A stretch of DNA of 64,000 nucleotides from an uncultured archaeon. Its GTDB lineage: Archaea > Asgardarchaeota > Lokiarchaeia > Sigyniarchaeales > SOKP01. The position numbers were made by a program, and so were the translations under genes. The stretch is from assembly GCA_964388035.1 (NCBI GenBank), contig CAYLZE010000013.1, positions 1-64,000 on the forward strand. The letters run 5' to 3'. Below, in pieces: positions 9,275-20,071 of the stretch (position 1 is its first letter; each line of letters begins with the position of its first letter). The notes beneath the pieces are model-generated. The model saw nothing but the letters and a program-made list of their open reading frames with translations. It was not told the DNA's origin and made no database searches.

Positions 9275-9973
9275 ATGAATACTTTAAATCCAGACCAAAA
9301 CACGGAAATAAAAATACTCTATTGGGGAATGGGTGGCTCGGGCAAAACAACGACCCTGGAAACTCTCTATAAGATTATCAAAACGCAAAAAAAAGAAATG
9401 GGGCAACTCATTCTTTACGAACCAAAAGGAGAGATTGAAAAAATTGAAAAAACAAGTGGAGCCACACTCTATTTTGATCGAGCTATTTTCTTATCCCATG
9501 CTCAAAAAAGGATCAACTACCATGTCTTCACGGTAGCGGGACAAAGCAGTTATTCTCCACTCAGATCACTAATTTTTAAAGGAACAGATGGGGTATTATT
9601 TATGGTAGATTCTCAAACCCATTTATTTGAAGATAATATAGAATCCTTGAAGGAATTAAAAAATGTATCAGAAGGAAAACTCATAACGGAAATTCCCCTG
9701 ATTATTATGTTCAATAAGCAAGACCTTGAAGAAATTATATCACCAAGCGAATTTATAGAAGTTCTCAAACATGAAAAGTTATGGTTTGATCAAAATAATG
9801 CTCTTAATATATGGAATCCCTTCCTCTATGAAACTTGTGCTCTCTACGAGAAAAGGAAAAATATTTATCAGAGCTTTTCAGAATGTGCGCGGAGAACTCA
9901 GATATATAAGATAAATGGGTATGGTAAAGCTCCGGTATCCGAGAATAAACCCATTCAAGATTTAGCGATTTAA
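9275..9973 (+). CDS. MglA-like small GTPase
   Basis: KILYWGMGGSGKTT, TLYFD, TVAGQ, GTDGVLFMVDS and NKQD. ATG 9275 is preferred over TTG 9242. Confidence 0.88.
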   Translation: MNTLNPDQNTEIKILYWGMGGSGKTTTLETLYKIIKTQKKEMGQLILYEPKGEIEKIEKTSGATLYFDRAIFLSHAQKRINYHVFTVAGQSSYSPLRSLIFKGTDGVLFMVDSQTHLFEDNIESLKELKNVSEGKLITEIPLIIMFNKQDLEEIISPSEFIEVLKHEKLWFDQNNALNIWNPFLYETCALYEKRKNIYQSFSECARRTQIYKINGYGKAPVSENKPIQDLAI

Positions 9974-10200
9974 TTCCATTTATTTTTATTTCACAGGCAT
10001 GATATTTTTAAAAATTTAACCTACTAGATAAGGTTTCAAAGAATATTAGATTTTTAGAAAAATATGCTTTTTTTCATATATAATGAAAAGGGAATCTATT
10101 GAAAGAAGCGAATGAATTATTGTTAAATTTATGTTTTATAAAACTTAGATTAATATAGTTTCTAAGGTTAAATTGATCAAAAATGGATTAGGAATTCAAA

Positions 10201-10704
10201 ATGACGAAATCAGAAGAAGATTTAAGAGCTGCTTTTGCGGGGGAATCTCAAGCAAATAGAAAATATCTAGCTTATGCGGAAAAAGCAGAAAAAGAAGGTT
10301 TGTCGCAAATTGGAAAGTTATTTCGGGCAGCTGCCGCCGCGGAAACAGTTCATGCTCATAATCATCTCAGAGCAATGGGAGGAATTAAAAGTACCGTAGA
10401 AAATTTAAAGGACGCCATAGAAGGAGAACATTATGAATTCACGAAGATGTACCCAGATTTCCTAAAGGATGCGGGACAAGACGGAAATAAAAAGGCAGAA
10501 CAAACTTTTAACTATGCAAACCAAGTGGAAGAGATTCATCATGGATTATATGAACAAGCATTAAAAGCGGTTCAATCTGGCAAGGATTTAGTTAAAAAAG
10601 ATATTTATGTTTGTCCCGTCTGCGGGAATACATTTATTGGAGAATTACCCGACATTTGTCCCATATGTAAAGCGCCCAAGGCAAAATTTAATAAAATCGA
10701 ATAA
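10201..10704 (+). CDS. rbr: Rubrerythrin
   Basis: AFAGESQANRKY, ExxH diiron motifs, and a C-terminal CPVCG..CPIC rubredoxin-like domain. Confidence 0.95.
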   Translation: MTKSEEDLRAAFAGESQANRKYLAYAEKAEKEGLSQIGKLFRAAAAAETVHAHNHLRAMGGIKSTVENLKDAIEGEHYEFTKMYPDFLKDAGQDGNKKAEQTFNYANQVEEIHHGLYEQALKAVQSGKDLVKKDIYVCPVCGNTFIGELPDICPICKAPKAKFNKIE

Positions 10705-10716
10705 ATTTTTTTTAAA

Positions 10717-12315
10717 TTATTCTTTTCTATTTTCATTTAAGATCCAAGGAACATATCCATTATTTATTTTAACGAGATATTCTTCAATAGAGACCCCAGT
10801 TAGCTTTTCAGCCCTTCTTAATGCACCGTAATTGGCACCAAAACGATAATACGAATATAAAAGCTTTCGGATCTCTTCATCTCCTAATGAGATAAGGGCT
10901 TGAAGTTTTGCATTTTTAATAAGGGCTTTCACATTTTTGAAATTTAATTTAATGGATGCTCGATTCCTCAATTTTCTCTCCAAGGTTAAGAAGGATTGGC
11001 GCAATTGTTGAACATTTTCTTTTAATAAATGAATAGTTTCAACTTGAAATGGAGTGCTTAATTTAGGAATAAATGGGTTAACATTGACTCTTAAAGATTT
11101 TTTTCCAAATCCAAGATTATCTATATCATTAAGGAAAATAACAATTTGTTCAATATCCTTATCAGTTTCATTGGGAAGGCCTAATAAGAAATAAAACTTT
11201 ATGTTTCTTATCTTGGAGTCTTTTATTCTCTTGATTGTATCTAACAATTTTTCATTGGATATCTTCTTGCCAATTTGTTGGCGCAAGGTTTCCGAACCCG
11301 TTTCTGGAGCAATGGTAATAGTTTTAATGCCTGCTTTTTCGATGAGTGATATCACCTCCTCATTCAAATGTTCAATACGAATAGATGGCAACGCAAACCT
11401 TAGCCCCTTGTTCAAAACATAATTACAAATATCAGAAAACCGAGGGTGTGCAGAAACGCAAGAACCGATGAAACTAATTCTATTATTAAGGTGTAAATCA
11501 GCAAACGCATCAATCTCTCGTATTAGGGTTTCATAACTCTTATTTCGAAAAGGAGAATTATGAAATGATGATAAACAAAATTTACATTGATAGGGACACC
11601 CTCTATTTATTTCGATGAAATAATTCTGCGAAAAAGTGCCCTTGACATCCATATCATCGGTCATTAACTGATTAATAGGGGTTAGGGATTCATCCAAATC
11701 ATGTAAAATTGCCCTTTTTACGGGATGATTTTTTAGTTTTGGAATATAAAGCCCATCCATATTACTGATTTCATGGAGAAATTCTTGTTGATTGAGGATG
11801 CCTTGTTTATACGATAAAAAGGTATCTAAAAACGGAGATATATTAGGTTCAGCATCTCCGATAAAACAAACATCCAGGAAACCTGCAAACGGGAGGGGAT
11901 TAGAGGTAATTACGGGACCTCCTCCCAAGATTAAAGGCCTTTTTAGAATGGGATCCTCCTTCAGACCGGGATTTTCCTTATCTAGTAGAGAGGCATTCTC
12001 CAACATCCATAAAACGTTACGATAATCATTTTCATAGTGAATGCTAAAACCCAATACATCAAAATCCCTCAATAAAATCTCATTTTCTAAACTTTTTAGT
12101 GGTTCGAGAGGATTTCCACTTAAAGAGAATGGATATCTTACATGGTCTGGTAAGAATACACGCTCGCAAGTAATGGCATCTTGGGAATTAATTATGTGAT
12201 AAAGAAGACGCATTGTATAGGAGGACATTCCAATCTTATAAGAATTAGGATAGATCAATCCAAACTTAATCTCTACAGGTTCTATATCTTTTTTCATGAA
12301 GATCTCATTACCCAT
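10717..12315 (-). CDS. Radical SAM protein (B12-binding-like N-terminus; YgiQ/TIGR03960-like)
   Basis: EINRGCPYQCKFC (CxxxCxxC), TIAPETGS and YFLLGLPNET. Confidence 0.87.
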   Translation of the reverse strand: MGNEIFMKKDIEPVEIKFGLIYPNSYKIGMSSYTMRLLYHIINSQDAITCERVFLPDHVRYPFSLSGNPLEPLKSLENEILLRDFDVLGFSIHYENDYRNVLWMLENASLLDKENPGLKEDPILKRPLILGGGPVITSNPLPFAGFLDVCFIGDAEPNISPFLDTFLSYKQGILNQQEFLHEISNMDGLYIPKLKNHPVKRAILHDLDESLTPINQLMTDDMDVKGTFSQNYFIEINRGCPYQCKFCLSSFHNSPFRNKSYETLIREIDAFADLHLNNRISFIGSCVSAHPRFSDICNYVLNKGLRFALPSIRIEHLNEEVISLIEKAGIKTITIAPETGSETLRQQIGKKISNEKLLDTIKRIKDSKIRNIKFYFLLGLPNETDKDIEQIVIFLNDIDNLGFGKKSLRVNVNPFIPKLSTPFQVETIHLLKENVQQLRQSFLTLERKLRNRASIKLNFKNVKALIKNAKLQALISLGDEEIRKLLYSYYRFGANYGALRRAEKLTGVSIEEYLVKINNGYVPWILNENRKE

Positions 12316-12343
12316 TTAATACTAGGTAAAAGGGTTAAAAAAA

Positions 12344-13150
12344 TTATTGAACTAATTCTGATTGTGCCTTCAATTTTTTGACTTCTTCTACAATGAGAGG
12401 AAGAACCCTCCCCGTCTTAAAATGAAGGACTACTTCAGCCCTCTCATCAAGAGGGGTGGGCTCATCATTTACAATTATCAATTTTCCTCCATCTCTCAAG
12501 GTATAGAGGGGAAGATCACATGCTGGAGCCACGGATAGTGAAGAACCCGCTATTAACATGACATCTGCTTTCTGTGATAAGGCTTGAGATTGATAAATTT
12601 CAAAAGTAGGGAGACTTTCTCCAAATAACACCACGGAAGGTTTTAAAGGAGCCCCGCACACATCACACTGCGGGGGATAATGTTTTTCCTTTTTCAACTT
12701 TCGCATGACTTGCTCCTTCGTATATGAAGCCCTGCATCCAAAGCAATTAAAGCGATTGATGTTGCCATGAATTTCATAAACCATTACACTTCCCGCTTTT
12801 TGATGCAACTCATCTATGTTTTGAGTAATGGTGGCTTTTAGAATGTCCATTTTTTCTAATTCCGCTAATGCAATGTGGCCGGGATTAGGTTTTGATTTAA
12901 ATAAATTGGGAGCTATTTTTTCGGCTAAATTCCAAAATTTGGTGGGGTCTTTTATGTAGGATTTTATATTGCTATAGATATCCGGATCGTATTTCTTCCA
13001 TAGCCCGCTGTCGGACCGAAAATCCGGAATGCCTGACTCGGTAGATATGCCCGCACCCGTCAAAGCAATGGCTGATTTTGAATTTAAAAGGAGTTCTGCT
13101 GCACGATGAATTTTTTTCTTTTCGGCTAATTTAATAATTTTCATGGTCAA
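12344..13150 (-). CDS. cobB: Sir2-family NAD-dependent protein deacylase
   Basis: GAGISTESGIPDFRS, ITQNIDELH, EIHG, two Zn CxxC motifs and VVLFGE. Confidence 0.95.
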   Translation of the reverse strand: MTMKIIKLAEKKKIHRAAELLLNSKSAIALTGAGISTESGIPDFRSDSGLWKKYDPDIYSNIKSYIKDPTKFWNLAEKIAPNLFKSKPNPGHIALAELEKMDILKATITQNIDELHQKAGSVMVYEIHGNINRFNCFGCRASYTKEQVMRKLKKEKHYPPQCDVCGAPLKPSVVLFGESLPTFEIYQSQALSQKADVMLIAGSSLSVAPACDLPLYTLRDGGKLIIVNDEPTPLDERAEVVLHFKTGRVLPLIVEEVKKLKAQSELVQ

Positions 13151-13659
13151 TGTACGAATATGAAATATATGCTAGTGAATCATCTTATATTATTAAATCT
13201 CTTTAATTCAATTTATAACTATAGTTTTGTGATCTTTTCTCGATTATAGCTAGTCCATTTTTATAAAGGGGAGCAGTGTTACTGATTTATTTCTTAATAA
13301 ATTTTGTTTGAAATGAAACATTAATATAAGTTAAGACAAAAAGAATTGATAAAAAGTCATGATTCTTGCATTCCTCCCTAAAAATTGTTCGAAAACCTTA
13401 AAAAAAGCATGCTATTAAGCAGTGTAAAAGATAATGAATAGACAAGAAAATCCTTTCCATTTTTTCAAAAATGTTTTAAAATTATAGAGAAGAACGATTT
13501 AAATAGAATCATGGGTTAAAAATCTCACTTCTGGAGAAACCTTTTGGAAGTTGAACTAATTGATTATTACATTTATCTCTCTTTAAAATTTGTGTTTTAA
13601 CAAGTGGTTAAAGAAATTACAACCTTGATCGTTGTCAGTAGAAATCTAAACCTATTTAT

Positions 13660-15048
13660 ATGGTTAGCGCATTAGTTCAAAATATGAATTCTAATACAAC
13701 AACGTATAAACGGAATTTTAGGATCTTTTCCTTTTATTACTTTATCGAAGGTTACTCTCAAGGCATCCCTGCCTTGGTATTTCCCCCGTATTTAGCCCAA
13801 GTATTAGGGGGGTCTTTTGATCTTGCCCTTTGGACGTTGGTTGCTTTCCTTGGAAGCCTTCCGTGGGCTATAAAGGCAATAGTTGGGCCAATGAGCGATA
13901 AATGGGGCTCGAAAAGATTTGGTTATAGATTTCCGTGGATTGCGGGGTTTGGAGGACTGGGCGGTTTTTTTTGGCTAATGATGGCTTTCTATTTACCCAT
14001 TGATAACACGATTTATCTATTTTTTGCGATTTACTATTTTTTAACTCAAGTTGGAACTGCCTTTAGTGATACCGTGTTAGATAGTCTCATCCTTGATGTA
14101 ACTCCGAAACCAAAGTTAGGAAAAGTTCAAGGATTCACCTGGACTTGCATGATCTTGGGTCAAGGTGCAGGTGGGATGCTCATGGGAATAGTCTTTCTAA
14201 TCTTGAATATTATTCCCTTGCTATTCATTGTTACGGGGGTTCTGATGATCATCTCTTCCATACTTCCCTATAAAATTAGAGAACAGCCTTTTACGATATT
14301 ATCTGGTAAGGATATGATGGTTGAAGTCAAATCGATGTTTAGTAAAAAAAGAAATTATGTAGTTTTCTTTTATGTCTTCTCCGGCGCGATAGTTGCAACG
14401 GCACTTGCTCAATATTTTAACTACGTTATTTTGGTGGCAATGAATGTGATCGATGTCTCCCAAACCATCTTATCCATCACGAGCGGAAATGCCGTGGACC
14501 TGCTGGGATGGAGCTCAGTTTTTGTTTTCTGTTATGGAGCAGGGATAGTAATAGGATCCATATTAACGGGAAGGAGCGTGGATAAAAACCGGAAAAAAAT
14601 CGTGCTAAAAGCGTATTTGATTTATATTCCTCTCTGCTTGGTGAGCGTGGTTCCTTTTGCATTACTTACGGGCCAATTCATTGCAGCACTGATTTTTGGA
14701 ATCGCACTTCAAGTAATTATAGGGTCAGTTCAAGGATCTCTAACGGTATCGGGACAGACGGTGCGCGGCGACTTGACGCGAAAGTATTATCCTAGGTTAA
14801 AATCTACCTACTTTGCTTTATTGGTTGCTTTAAATAACTTGGGCCAATCATTTGGCGTCTTTCTCGCATTTGTCATCTTCGACACATTTGCAGACATTAT
14901 TCCAAATTTTTACGTGATTTATTTCATCTTGACGTGTGCTTGTTCGGGCGGTCTGGCAATAAGTATATTGCTATTCATGACCATAAATCCCAAAGATTAT
15001 GAATTTAGTGCCTCTCCCGAGGGAGAAGTCGAAGTTCGGTTTACGTGA
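13660..15048 (+). CDS. MFS transporter
   Basis: About 12 hydrophobic segments, LPWAIKAIVGPMSDK and motif-A-like loops. Confidence 0.87.
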   Translation: MVSALVQNMNSNTTTYKRNFRIFSFYYFIEGYSQGIPALVFPPYLAQVLGGSFDLALWTLVAFLGSLPWAIKAIVGPMSDKWGSKRFGYRFPWIAGFGGLGGFFWLMMAFYLPIDNTIYLFFAIYYFLTQVGTAFSDTVLDSLILDVTPKPKLGKVQGFTWTCMILGQGAGGMLMGIVFLILNIIPLLFIVTGVLMIISSILPYKIREQPFTILSGKDMMVEVKSMFSKKRNYVVFFYVFSGAIVATALAQYFNYVILVAMNVIDVSQTILSITSGNAVDLLGWSSVFVFCYGAGIVIGSILTGRSVDKNRKKIVLKAYLIYIPLCLVSVVPFALLTGQFIAALIFGIALQVIIGSVQGSLTVSGQTVRGDLTRKYYPRLKSTYFALLVALNNLGQSFGVFLAFVIFDTFADIIPNFYVIYFILTCACSGGLAISILLFMTINPKDYEFSASPEGEVEVRFT

Positions 15049-15292
15049 GATCAAAATTAAGATCAACTGAATTTGTTAAATTTTGAGGTTTTATTTTTAA
15101 CCTTATTTTTTTCCTATTTCTTTCCCTTCTTTTTTGAATTCTATATAAGTATTATCATCAAGAAAGAATTCTAATTTTGTTATTAATGGTAATTTGATTG
15201 CTCTTTATACTAAGATCATTTACATGGATAGAGATTAAATTGTATTTAAACTAATCTTTTGTCATGGGACGAGTTAGAAAAAATCCATGAAA

Positions 15293-16723
15293 TTAGGGTA
15301 CTTTATTGTCCTGTGAAATTCTTTTAGCACTTTCATAAGCATCCAATTTTTCAGCATGAATTTTCTCGATATAGGTTCTCATTTCTTTTAATGGAGTGCC
15401 CTTAATGGGAAAAAATCTCAAGGCAATCATTCCCAGCACGTCCATGATTGAGGGAACAATAAACAATAAAAATTTAATGCCAATAATAGCACTGGTCGAT
15501 TGGATATATCCCGCGGATGTATTTTGAATGAATCCAAAAGATATTAAAACCGTTGATGCTAGAATGGGTCCCGCACTTTCAGCAATTTTATTAAAAATAG
15601 CGTTAGTGCCCAAAAACATGCCTTCCCGGCGAGTATCATATCTCATCTCATCCTCATCGCATATCAGAAGTAAATATGGATTCATGAAAACGGTGTACCC
15701 TCCTAGGATGAATTTTATTATTAATAATCCAAACCATATAAATTCAGTACCTTGGAGCAGACTTATAAAAAATGCTATTATAGAAAGAGAGATTTCGATA
15801 GTTCTTCCCCGCATGATTAGTGCTTGCATCTCCTGTTTCTTAGAAAACTTAAGATACAGCCATTGACCGACCACCCCCCCAATACCCAAGGAAACAAGAA
15901 TGATGACATCAAAGCCCTCACTGAAAAGAAGAATATAAACAAAAAGAAAAGAATAAGTCATCGTATCATTAATGACCCGAAAAAACCTATAGAACGTAAA
16001 AGAAACAAAGGACTTCGAGCGCATGCATTGCTTGAATGACTCAATCACGGGCGGAATATCCATCTTTTGATGTAATTCGGGACGCTCCTTTAATTTCCTG
16101 GCAGAAAAAAGGAAAACGATGGCACTAAAAACCGCAATTATTCCCGCATACACTTGAAAAGCAAACAATCCGGCATTGAAAATCGTTAAAGTAAAGAGCA
16201 CGGGAATACCACCTAATGTACCGACCAATCCTCCTAGAAAAAAAATCTGGTTTCGATCTTCGATACTATTTGCTATCTCTGGTAATAAAGCATCCCACAC
16301 TAAAATAACGGCAGTCAACATGTTATCATAAAGCACCATTAATATAATGAAGTGGAAGAAAATGATGATCTGATTATCGGGACTCCAAGGAAACCAGATG
16401 AGGAAGAAAAATAATGCCCAAAGTGGCCCTCCATATTTGATGAAGATAAGCCGGCGACTGCCCCATCTATTCACGTCGATACGATCGCTCCACTGTCCAA
16501 AAAAAGGGTCATTTAAGGCGTTAAAAATACCATATATAATCATGCCGACGATGAAGAACGTTTGATCCATTCCTAAATAATCCCAGAAGAAATAAACATA
16601 GACCAGACTGAAGATCCCAGGCATTAAGGTAAAAGGGATTTTATTAATTAAATAATATCTTTTCTGATTGCGATAGAATTTATTCGCTGCTGCTTGGTCG
16701 CTTGTTTTTTTATTGATTGTCAT
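15293..16723 (-). CDS. MFS transporter, GPH/MelB family
   Basis: NALNDPFFGQWSDR, DEDE..RREGMFLG and ~12 TM segments. Confidence 0.9.
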   Translation of the reverse strand: MTINKKTSDQAAANKFYRNQKRYYLINKIPFTLMPGIFSLVYVYFFWDYLGMDQTFFIVGMIIYGIFNALNDPFFGQWSDRIDVNRWGSRRLIFIKYGGPLWALFFFLIWFPWSPDNQIIIFFHFIILMVLYDNMLTAVILVWDALLPEIANSIEDRNQIFFLGGLVGTLGGIPVLFTLTIFNAGLFAFQVYAGIIAVFSAIVFLFSARKLKERPELHQKMDIPPVIESFKQCMRSKSFVSFTFYRFFRVINDTMTYSFLFVYILLFSEGFDVIILVSLGIGGVVGQWLYLKFSKKQEMQALIMRGRTIEISLSIIAFFISLLQGTEFIWFGLLIIKFILGGYTVFMNPYLLLICDEDEMRYDTRREGMFLGTNAIFNKIAESAGPILASTVLISFGFIQNTSAGYIQSTSAIIGIKFLLFIVPSIMDVLGMIALRFFPIKGTPLKEMRTYIEKIHAEKLDAYESAKRISQDNKVP

Positions 16724-16791
16724 TTTAATGAGAATTAAAAAATAGGGGCTTGATTATTTAATTTAGTTAATGAATCTTAGATATTGGAACA

Positions 16792-17790
16792 TCAAGCAAA
16801 ATATACTTCATGCTCTTTAGCTTCCCCTATCTTGCCGAGTTCATAATCTTCGGCTTTAATGGTTCTGAATATTAATAAACTAATACCTAGAGAAAAAGCA
16901 CATATCGCGGTTAAAAGGAAATACATGAAGTAAAAATTCGAAAAGATATTTGCGAAAGCACTAAAAAGAAAACTGCCCATTAGGGTCCCAATGTTCTGCC
17001 CAAAGTTTGCTAACGCCACCAGCAATGCAAAATACGTGGATTTCAACATGGGATAATATTTTCGGGTTAAATCCCCCCGCACCGTTTGATTAGACACCGT
17101 TAATGCCCCCTGAACCGCCCCAAAAATAATTTGTAGTGAAAGCCCAAAAATCATGGCACTTATGGAGCCACTAAACAAAATAAAAGGTAATACACTTAAG
17201 AGACAGATTGGCATGTAAATTAAAAATGTCATTTCTACGGTTTTTTTTCGGCTTTTATCCACGAATTTTCCAGCAAGAAGTGATCCTATTACCGTCCCCA
17301 GACCATTGAAAAAGTAAAAAACAGAACTCCATCCCAGCAGGTCCACGGCATTTCCGCTCGTAATTGAAAGTAGCGTATCAGACACGTCAATAACCCCCAT
17401 TCCTACCAAGATCACGTAATTGAAAAAAGTCAAGATGACCACGGAGGGAATTGCAGCGGCAAAACAATAGGAGAAAATCTTGTAATTTCTTCCCTTGCTC
17501 ACGACAGATATTAAATCTTTTGTCATGGCTTTCGTGTCCACTTTTTCGAAAGGTTCTTCTTGGACAAAATGGGGTAAGGTGCTGGTAATTATGGTCAGGA
17601 TCGCGGTGAGTAAAAATAACCACGGTATCGCATGTAATGCAAGAAAAATGAGCCCTAATAACATGCCACCAGCTCCCAAGCCCAATAATAAAAATGCCAA
17701 AGTTGGAATGCCTTGAACATATCCTTCTATAAAATAATATATCGAGAAGACTTTATTATTGAACTTATAGTTCGATCTAGAAATGCTCAT
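16792..17790 (-). pseudogene. MFS transporter paralog of 13660-15048 with an in-frame internal deletion of ~120 aa
   Basis: It shares YYFIEGYxQGIP and long C-terminal stretches (SITSGNAVDLLGWSSVF, QTVRGDLTRKYYP) but jumps from GIPTLAF directly to LLLGLGAGG. Confidence 0.75.
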
Positions 17791-17914
17791 AAAAATCTAT
17801 TCGTTTATAGGAAATATAAAGGTTTATCTTTAGTAGAACATGATGAAAGATGTTCTCAAAAAAGTAATGAGATTTGATAATAAAGCGAACGCATAAGGAA
17901 GTTAAAATGGAAAA

Positions 17915-19585
17915 ATGGATGAGCAAATTGTAATTAAAAATGGCACTATCATTGATGGAACAGGAAAGTCTCCCTATGAAGCGGATGTTTTAATTGCAGG
18001 AGATAAAATACAAGGTATTGAGAGGAATCTCGATATCGATAGATCCACAAATATCATCGATGCCAAGGGATTAGTGGTGGCTCCTGGATTCATCGATGTT
18101 CACTCTCATTTAGGATTTATCCAATCTTCACCCCGCCACCCCGAGATTCTAAAAGGTTGGATATACCAAGGCGTGACAACTTTAATTTCTGGAAATTGTG
18201 GCGTGAGTCCGGCTCCCATGAGTCAAGAAATGAAAGAGGATATCAACAAGTACTGGAATGCTCTTTTGCCTCGAGATGGAATAACATACGAATGGGAGAC
18301 CATGAAAGAATATTTTCAGCATCTGGAGAAAATTGGCCAATTATATAATGTTGGAATCTTAACAGGACATAATACCCTTCGCACTCACGTGATGGGATTT
18401 GAAGCACGTTTTCCTACCGATGAAGAAATGAGTCGCATGCAACAATTACTTAGAGAAAGCGTGGAAGCAGGATCCTTAGGATTATCTCTAGGATTAGCAT
18501 ATGTACCCGGTATATTTTCAAACACGGACGAATTAATTGAGCTCGCATCCGTCTTGTCGAGCTTTTCTCCTTGCCCTCCAGTGGTAGCTCACGTTCGAGG
18601 AATGTTTACCAAATTTTATCATAAGGCGGTGGAAGAGCTAATTACTGTGGCTGAAAAAAACGGGATTCCCATGCAAATCTCTCATCATGCGGGAGGAGGA
18701 CTTTCAAGAACTAGAAAATTAGCCATAAAGGCAATTGAAGAAGCTACAAAAAGGGGTGTAAAGATTGGGCATGATAATATTCCTTGGCCCACCCGGCGAA
18801 CAACGGCTTTAAAAATCTTTCCGGCCTGGCTTTTTGAGGGTGGCTTCGAAAAATTTTTCCAAAATCTCCAACAACCTAGCATTCGTGAACAAGCAGTAGA
18901 GGAAATTAAGCACTTTTCCTCGAAATGGCCTCCTTGGGAGCATAGATACTGGTTGGAAAAGGACTTTAATGTAGCCATTATTCTAAGTGGATTTAAAAAG
19001 GATAATAACCTGCAATTTAACAACATGACCATGGCACAAATTGCTAAAGAAATGAATAAAGATCCGATAGATGCATTAATCGATTTAGTCTTAGATGAGC
19101 ATGGAGAATTTTTCTTTTTTTCCGGAAAATCTGATGATCCCTTGGCTGAGATGTATATCGCGACCTTGCTTGCAGATCCTAATTGTTCCGTGGGAACCGA
19201 TGTGGTTGGAATTGATTTGGAAAAAACTCCCGTCCCAGGTGCTTATGGGGGATTTACGAAAATATTAGGAAGTCTCGTTCGTGAAAAGCACATAATGTCC
19301 CTTGAAGAAGCCATTCGAAAAATGACTTCATTGCCTGCTGAGCAAATGCAGCTAGAAAAGAGAGGCAAAATAGAAAAGGGTTATTTTGCAGATATTACAA
19401 TCTTCAATCCTAAAACAATTGATTGCAGGGCAACTTTTAAAGAACCCAGGCAACTTTCTATTGGAGTAGACCACGTGTTAATTAATGGAATCCCCATTTT
19501 AGAAAGAAATAATTTTCATTCTACACTTCATCCAGGAAAGGTACTAAGACGCGGAATCAATCATAATGTAATGAAAATGACATGA
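17915..19585 (+). CDS. N-acyl-D-amino-acid deacylase (amidohydrolase family)
   Basis: NGTIIDGTG, APGFIDVHSH, GNCG and LEEAIRKMTSLPA. Confidence 0.9.
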   Translation: MDEQIVIKNGTIIDGTGKSPYEADVLIAGDKIQGIERNLDIDRSTNIIDAKGLVVAPGFIDVHSHLGFIQSSPRHPEILKGWIYQGVTTLISGNCGVSPAPMSQEMKEDINKYWNALLPRDGITYEWETMKEYFQHLEKIGQLYNVGILTGHNTLRTHVMGFEARFPTDEEMSRMQQLLRESVEAGSLGLSLGLAYVPGIFSNTDELIELASVLSSFSPCPPVVAHVRGMFTKFYHKAVEELITVAEKNGIPMQISHHAGGGLSRTRKLAIKAIEEATKRGVKIGHDNIPWPTRRTTALKIFPAWLFEGGFEKFFQNLQQPSIREQAVEEIKHFSSKWPPWEHRYWLEKDFNVAIILSGFKKDNNLQFNNMTMAQIAKEMNKDPIDALIDLVLDEHGEFFFFSGKSDDPLAEMYIATLLADPNCSVGTDVVGIDLEKTPVPGAYGGFTKILGSLVREKHIMSLEEAIRKMTSLPAEQMQLEKRGKIEKGYFADITIFNPKTIDCRATFKEPRQLSIGVDHVLINGIPILERNNFHSTLHPGKVLRRGINHNVMKMT

Positions 19586-19614
19586 ATTATTTGGAATTGT
19601 ATCCAAATTATTGC

Positions 19615-19800
19615 ATGCTTTCTTCTTTTTAATTCGCTTTGTACTTTTGAAAATTTTTGAAGTTTTGCATTCAAATTGACTTCTTATAAAATTTGATCTT
19701 GATACGTGTGAAAAAGATCCCCTGAGATTGTTTTCCCAATCTCCGCGACTGAAAATAAAATATTCAATTGCAGATTCCTTTTTCACCATAGAAGATGAGA
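19615..19800 (-). pseudogene. Remnant of the 3' end of an acyl-CoA dehydrogenase paralog of 21772-23502
   Basis: Reads WE/TISGDLFHTYQDQIL*EVNLNAKLQKFSKVQSELKRRK against WETLSGELFHAYQDQALAELDFDISLPKFSKLLRDFKKREK, with a frameshift and an internal stop. Confidence 0.8.
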
Positions 19801-20071
19801 GGTATTATTGAGCGAATGGTATAGCAAAGAGGTATCAAATAATCTAGTTTTTTATCTTTTTGCTAATTTTTAACGTTTCACGTTATCTTTAATGGAATTC
19901 TGTTTATGAGGTAATGACAATCCCTCCATGAAGGCATTTTGCCTCCAATAGTAATTGAAAATAAATTAAGTAAGTCCTAAGGTTAAAATCTAAATTCAAA
20001 AAAAATAAAAATATTTTAAAATTTAATCTTTTGCTGTATTTGAATAATTCATTTTTAGATAGCCTTATTCA

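Noticed and set aside
19544-19789. 81-aa ORF in the track
   Set aside because: It is mostly an out-of-frame reading of the acyl-CoA dehydrogenase relic.
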